From assembly GCA_053919585.1 (NCBI GenBank), contig CM132787.1: a stretch of 64,000 nucleotides of DNA; one strand, 5' to 3'. How positions within the stretch are numbered: position 1 is the stretch's first letter; each line of letters starts with the position of its first letter. This document shows, piece by piece, positions 62,201 to 64,000 of the stretch. The translations under genes and the position numbers were made by a program. The notes beneath the pieces were generated by a model, which was not told where the DNA came from, did no database searches, and saw only the letters and a program-made list of their open reading frames with translations. The DNA comes from Euprymna scolopes (taxonomy: Eukaryota).

Positions 62201-64000
62201 GTTTCGCTCCCATGTAACAAGGGATGTTCAGCACCGACACGTTTGTTCGCCGCCTGTTGAGGTAGACCGGGTGCAGCTTTATATTCCTCGACTGGTTGTT
62301 CATTTTGGAGAGTCTGACGGCGTCCTCTGGGGTGGGAAGCAGTACATCCCACATTGCATAACTCTTTCTGCAGATATAATTAGCCGGGATGTTCTGCTCC
62401 ATCAAGATCTTGACCATCGTCTCCTTGTTTATACCGGTCAGACCTCTCGCCTTTGTATCTGAGGTAATTAGCGAGAGCACTCTCTTTTCCAGGCTTTCCA
62501 CTTGACCTAGAAGGGGCTGGATTGTGTTGCCCTTTGTGTACTAGCTGTATTTGGCAAGAAAGAGCTCTCTATAATCCTGGGGGGTCATTTTAACCTCGTC
62601 TTTAGGTCCCCATGCTGTTCCTCCTCCTTGTGTGGTATTTGACGTCCCTGGGGCCGGAGGAGCTGTGGCTGGAGCTGGCTGCTTCATGGGGGCTGGCGAT
62701 GTTGCTGGCGTGGGGGTGTGACCTTTACCGGCCAGTGTTGGCCAGTCCGCAGGTGTCGTAGCGTGCTGGCTTTCCTGGCTTTCCGGGTCATTCCCCGAAC
62801 TATGCTTCTTTTTCTTCTGAGGCTGGGTTTTGTTAGCCTCAGATGACAGTGCCTCCCCTCCTGGGGAGGCCTTCCCTATGTCTGTTGTGGCCGCTGGTTG
62901 GAGGGTTTCTGCTGGCTGGACCTTGTTGTTGCCGGTCTGGTCCTTGGCCGCTTCTTCCTTCGCTTCCTTCTTGGCCGCTTTCTTCCCTTCGTTGCCCTCT
63001 TGGGGAGTGTTGAGGGGCAACGGATTTTTTATATCCTCCCCGAATAGCGATTGCAGGGAGGCTCGCGTTTCATTGAACAGTTCCTGTTCAGTCTTCTTGC
63101 AGGAGCTGTTTTTCTTTTCTTCCCCTTTTGTTGGTGGGGGATCCCGCTCTTGGGGAGCGGGGGAGCATTGTCCTGGTGTTGCCACCATAACTTCTGGGAC
63201 CTGGGGAGTAGCTTGTCCTGGTCCCTCTGTTTTCCCCGCCTGGCGTTCTTGGGGCACCTTTCTGAGGCTGATTGCCCATGTGGGGAGTTGCTTGGCCCTT
63301 TTTTTGGGTGTAGCTGGTAATTTTCCGGGGGTCGCCGCGGGCTGTGGCCCTACCCCGCCAATTTCTATCAAGGTCGCCGCGGGCTGCGGCCCACCTTGCT
63401 GCTATCCTGCTCTGCTACATTCTCTCCAGTGGCCCGGGGCCGGGATTTGACTCCCTTTTCTGGGGATTTCTCAGGGGGAGCGATGTCACGCATTTGGGGT
63501 GGAGTACCCCTCCTGCTTGGCATCGTGGTGGGGCGTTGGCCGCTTATGCAGACCAGGCTTGGGAGGGAGGTAAAATAAAAATAGTGCGGGGGGGACAAAG
63601 GGATGGAGGGGGTGGCTAGGGGCGAAGAGAGAAAGAGAGTTGACCTCCCCTCGCGGGGAAGTCACGTTAGTCAGCTCGATCCCCCCCTTGCGGGGGGAGA
63701 GCAGAGAAGTGAGACGCAGTGGTTGATAGCAGGTCCGAGTGCCGCGTCGCAAGTAAGGAAAGAGAGGGATAGGCATCTCTGCCCAGAGAGAAGGCAGAAA
63801 CGAAGGTATAAACCCCAAAACCCTTCCCTCAAACAACCCTAACAGGAAGCGACAAAGAGACCCGGTCTGCTCGATCCAATGGGAGAGCAGCGAAGGAAGA
63901 TAAAGACTAGCGGGTCAGACTGCTGCTAGTTAATTAAGAGGGAGAAGTAGACATTCCTCCCAGAGAGAGGGAGAAAAGAAGAAAAAACCTTCAGACTAAA
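59242..64000 (-). mobile_element. Tx1-clade non-LTR retrotransposon (Keno-like), degenerate; ORF1 end and APE deleted at about 62043
   Basis: RT motifs QSKAFDRVDH, QGCPLxPLLY, FADD; zf-RVT 60106-60786; ORF1 62043-63600; 5'UTR similar to 58760-59080. Confidence 0.87.

Overview
Eukaryotic, probably invertebrate, transposon-dense DNA with no recognisable host gene. Bases 1-46,145 are a tandem array of five related composite units. Each unit contains a Penelope-like 5' fragment, a hAT-type end, a Tx1/L1 ORF1 fragment and a 3'-truncated Academ (XPG-type) transposon. Individual units carry further insertions: an intact DD41D Tc1/mariner at the same site in two units, a second Academ, and an apparently intact RAG1-like/Transib transposon (19088-22907). 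That element has CACAGTG heptamer ends with asymmetric 10/19-bp spacers before a shared 9-mer, a third internal end, and a perfect palindrome at the homologous site of another unit that resembles a hairpin/P-nucleotide excision footprint. Bases 46.5-64 kb hold a degenerate hAT (Buster/Charlie-like) element and head-to-tail Tx1 non-LTR retrotransposons separated by U2 snRNA fragments (Keno-like), interrupted by solo LTRs and other inserts. Family calls come from motifs and termini read by eye; no database searches were run.
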